A stretch of DNA of 64,000 nucleotides from NCBI RefSeq assembly GCF_032191835.1, contig NC_083233.1:48918001-48982000 (forward strand), written 5' to 3'. Position 1 is the first letter of the stretch. Each line of letters starts with the position of its first letter. Positions 60,001-64,000 of the stretch are shown here, piece by piece. The stretch comes from Heteronotia binoei (Eukaryota). Below the pieces are notes generated by a model. The model was not told where the DNA came from, did no database searches, and worked only from the letters and a program-made list of their open reading frames with translations. The position numbers and the translations under genes are program-made.

Positions 60001-62012
60001 CTCTGCTCCTGGGGCATGTGGTTGACTATTGTGGGGAAACAAGATGTTACATAGCTGGTGTGAGCTAGCAGAGCTATTTTGCTTTTGAGTGGGAGCAAGA
60101 CAGGCAATATGAGAGAGAGTGGAAAGTACAGCAAAAACAGTCCACTGGAAGATGAGGCTACAGCCACCTCACCTAAGGAGAGCAAGTGCCCAATACCTGC
60201 ATAGGGAGGTGTCAAGCCTCTGCAACTAGAAATGGAACTGACTCTGATTTCAACAAACTAATCACTGGAGATGGAAAGACTTTTCAATTTGGGGAAAACA
60301 TACACAAAAAAATAGGGGCTGCAATGCCAAGTGAATAAGACCCAGCGCACTCTGTGTGTGTGTGTGTGTCCTTGATTTCTACACATTTCAGCAAAATAAA
60401 TCCTGGATAGTTAGTGGCTCTTTTATGTTCCCACTAAGTTTCTTTTCTGAGTCCAGGAGTCAAACTGGTCAAACTCCACACCAAAGCATGTTTTCTGCAT
60501 TCCGTTGCACAAAGCCTCACCATGGATCCTTGCAGTCTCCTCCTGGACACATTAATGCCATGAAATACTACCTTCTGACTCCCATAGAGAAGGCAATGTT
60601 TTTTGTTTTAAATAAGCAGTGTTTTAGAGAATCCTGCACAGAGAAAGATGCGAGTGCAAGCAGGAAATTTTCAAAGATTACTTCCTCCTATCTGCTGCTT
60701 TGAGTACTCACTGAAGGTTCAGCAGAGGACACCACAGTCATAGGCAGAAGCCATAATTCAGCCAGACAACCCAGCAGTCCCTTAATCAGAGCTCTTCCTG
60801 TCCCAACTCCAAGGCTCAGAAGAAACCATAATGGTTGAAGTTAAAAAAAGAAAAGTGGAGGAAACATCCTCCACATCCTGCTATAATCAGATTTGCTACT
60901 AATCTCTTCTCACTGCCTACCAATGCCCCTGAAAAGTTCTGTTGAATGCAGGGGTCTGGGTCTGAAGCACAGCAGGAAAGACCCATTCCTCCCAACCCAG
61001 ACCATGCTTGTTTGGGGGGAGGTGGAAGATGCTAGAACAGCAATCCCATCAGGCTGTTCTTCAGTGGGACCTGCTGCTCACCCAGCTAGCTCCTCAAGGG
61101 ACTCCAGGTGTCCTCATCAGAAAATACCTGCAACCATCTTCAGAGATCATGCTTTGAGTGCCCCCACCCTTCTGAGATTAGGCAGGTGGCATCCCAGGAA
61201 CGCTCCTTTTCAGGCATGGCTCTAGAACTCTCTCTGCAGAGAGACTTGTCTGCTACCATCTGTTTCCAACTGTCGTCAGTGGGTGGAGAGTTCATTTGGG
61301 GTTCCCTCACTGATCCCTCCTGCCAGCCCAATGTATTAACTGTTGTTTTCACATATATGTATTTTAACTCTAGTTTTAATTGTTTTCATGATGTGCTGTG
61401 TCGGTTTTATTGTTTTTAAAGAAGCAATTTTATTATATCTGCTTTTTATTTGTTAGCCTCCTTGGTGGTCTTTATGAGGACTGAAAGGCAGGGTATGAAT
61501 TTGGTTTTTAAAAATTAAACACCTGGTCTTCAAAATGATGTCATAACCTCAGACAGCAGTGCTGAAGTCCTTGGCATTAAGCCAGGGACAGCCAAACTTG
61601 CTTAATGTAAGAGCCACAAAGAATAAACATCAGAGGTTTGAGAGCTGGAAGACAGGAATGTCAGATGTTTGAGAGCCGGAAGGAAGGAAGGAAGAAAAAT
61701 AGATGGAGGAAGGGAGTAGAGGTGAAAAGAAAGCAACTTTAACTTGAAATGAATTCTCCAAGCTGCCAGTTGGCTTGGCTTGGAAAAGTGATTTAAAGAG
61801 ACAAATGCCTTCTCCAAGCCAGCTGATGAGGAGGTGGGGACTTTGAGAGCCACACAATATGTGTGGAAGAGCCAAATGTGGCTTCCGAGCTGTAGTTTGG
61901 CTACCCCTGAATTAAGCCGTGGCCCCTCTCTCAGCAGGATGTGCCCCTGGGGCTCTTGTGAAGCGAGGTCCCCTCTGCTAGTCACACACTAAGCTTCATC
62001 TTCCCTTAAGGG

Positions 62013-62468
62013 CAGGCCTCATTTTGGGCAGGTCACAGGAGTGGAGCTCCAGGACCTCTAAATTTTATTGTGCTTTTCTTTCTTACCCCCCCCCCCCCAC
62101 ACACACACACACCAAATACTTGCTTCTGGGCTCCATTGTTCAAACCCCCTGTGAGAATTTTGCTGAACTCTTAAGATTTGACAAACTTTCTAATATTTTT
62201 CCCCACCAAAAATTGGGAAAATAACTAAGAAAATTAAAGCAGACAGATGGAAATCTTCATCATGCCACTGTGGCCACATAGGAGAAAGTAATTTTAAAAG
62301 TATGATGGGAGTAAGGTTTTATTATGATAATTATAATTCAAGAAGCATTTTAAGGTAGATGCTGAGCTGATATCATTTAGTACACCTCCCAGTGATGTCA
62401 GGGGTGTGTGCATATGCAAATGAGTTGTGCTAATGAGCTCTGACACCTTTTTTCCTATGAAAAGCCTC
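62013..62468. mobile_element. Longer hAT-type element related to the CAGGGCT-TIR family
   Basis: CAGGCCTCATTTTG left end, AAAAGCCTCC right end; ATGCAAAT at 62414-62421. Confidence 0.55.
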
Positions 62469-64000
62469 CTACTTAAGGAATAAGCACAGGTTAGTGGGGG
62501 GCAGAGGCCAGCCCTGTTTAGGATGATAATCTCAGTGAACTCCAACAATTCCAAATTGTTGCTTAGGGAAATTCCACAATGACTTAAAAGGGCTGCTCAC
62601 AACAGTTTAGAAACAAGTCAAGTACTAAGGTACTTTAAGAACTCTCATTTAAAAAAAAAAACTATTCTTCAGCACAGAGTGAACCAGAACACTGGGAGAA
62701 TGACACCTCCCCAGGTAATTTTCACATGCCTATCAGCAAGTGGGCAAATGTACCTGCCAACCTCCTCCTCTCAACTTGTTTTAATGGTCCAGGTGGGAGA
62801 AAGTTAATCAGCCAAAATGACTGCACCATAAGGAGTCAACACAGCAAGTTAACATTGATGATTTTACTGTAACAATCAGGAAAGTGTGCCAAAGTTGCTC
62901 CCAGATTTGAACATTTTCTTGTGCACTGAGATTAGTACATGCAACAAACCCATGTGTTTACTGAATGTGTGGGGAAGAGGAGTGGGACCAAGCATGCCAG
63001 CCTGGTCCCTTGCCTCTGTGAGATCACCTCGTCTTCCACGGGGTACTAATGTGTGGAGGAAGTGGCTGTGAATATACCCCCTCCCCTTGATCAGCGACAC
63101 TGCTTTCAAGATGTCCCTCATCACAGGGAGGGAGAGGTCACTCAGCCACTTCCTCTGCCTGGATTGGTTGCCCTGCAGGCAGCCAGGCAATCAACACATA
63201 TTCACTTCCATTCTCCCTCTCCATGTGTTCCAGTGAACATGTGGGGCTGTCATGTCCACAAGGCTACAGTGTCAGGCAATCCATTAAAAGGAGGCACAGT
63301 TGTTGCATTCCCCTTAAAAGAAGAAGACTTAATAGGACTATTAGCAAAGGTCATACAAGAGACAGAATGCAGATTGTCTCTAAAAATGGGACGGCAGTGT
63401 GTCATGAATGAGGTGTCATCAAAGAGCCTAGCAGAGCAATGGTTCCTTTGCTGTAGAGAGAAAGCAATCAAAGACCCCTGCCCCATCCCTTTCTGTAGGG
63501 GCGTGGGCACCTCACTGTACAAAGTATTGATAGAGGCTTTCATGGGGCTGCAGAGAGATGGTTGTATTCATCTTCGTAAAGGAAAGAAATATGTTTTTAA
63601 AAATACTGCTCAAAACACTGAAAGAACCCTTCCATTATTTTTCTTCAACAACAAACAAACAGAATAGCAGCCAAGGATGAGTAACTGTGCTTGTTCCCGC
63701 AAGCACACGCTCTGCCAGACTCTGCCAGACGCACCTACTACAGCCTGACAGCAGAGGCCAAAAGGACTTATGGGTTCATGCAAGGCTGCCTCCAAGGCTT
63801 TGACTGTAAAGGAAAAGAGTCTGTGTCCCATTTTCTAAGATGACAGTCTTCCTTCTTGCTAACAGAAGGTCTACTAAAATGCCGTAAAATAGCTGTTTTT
63901 ATCACGCAGCTCCACACCAGTGTCAGTCTCTCTTCCTCCCTCCCTCCTTCTGAGAATCTCTTTTTTACTCCCAGAGGAAAAAGGTTCCTTCCTGTTCTCT

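Noticed and set aside
59796-60215. 139-aa minus ORF
   Set aside because: Largely the antisense of a decayed CR1 RT segment plus flank.
52500-64000. MORC4, RBM41 or NUP62CL exons expected from human synteny
   Set aside because: I found no peptide I could match to these proteins, so no gene symbol is assigned.

Overview
This is vertebrate genomic DNA from a squamate reptile, probably a gecko (inferred from the SINE and MITE families; unverified). It has no prokaryotic features and no CRISPR array. Three protein-coding genes can be rebuilt exon by exon with canonical GT-AG splice sites and consistent phases: PRRG3 (minus, 3 coding exons, 233 aa), RIPPLY1 (minus, 4 exons, 149 aa from the likely ATG) and CLDN2 (plus, one coding exon, 230 aa). 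A CpG-island promoter near 2.0 kb starts a fourth minus-strand gene whose coding part I cannot identify. A second CpG island (21.1-22.6 kb) looks like a bidirectional promoter, with a possible unannotated plus-strand spliced transcript. Much of the rest is transposable elements: L2, CR1 and RTE LINE fragments, three tRNA-derived SINE families, several hAT MITE families, a foldback PIF/Harbinger MITE, Penelope-like termini and a candidate solo LTR, with several clear nested insertions. I found no convincing new biological system. The best leads are regulatory or evolutionary: two perfect RFX X-box palindromes, the bidirectional promoter and its candidate transcript, a uORF chain abutting the CLDN2 start, PRRG3 adjacent to RIPPLY1-CLDN2, and an unexplained ORF at 63.1-63.7 kb with a winged-helix-like pattern. 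Most ORFs in the supplied track are noise.
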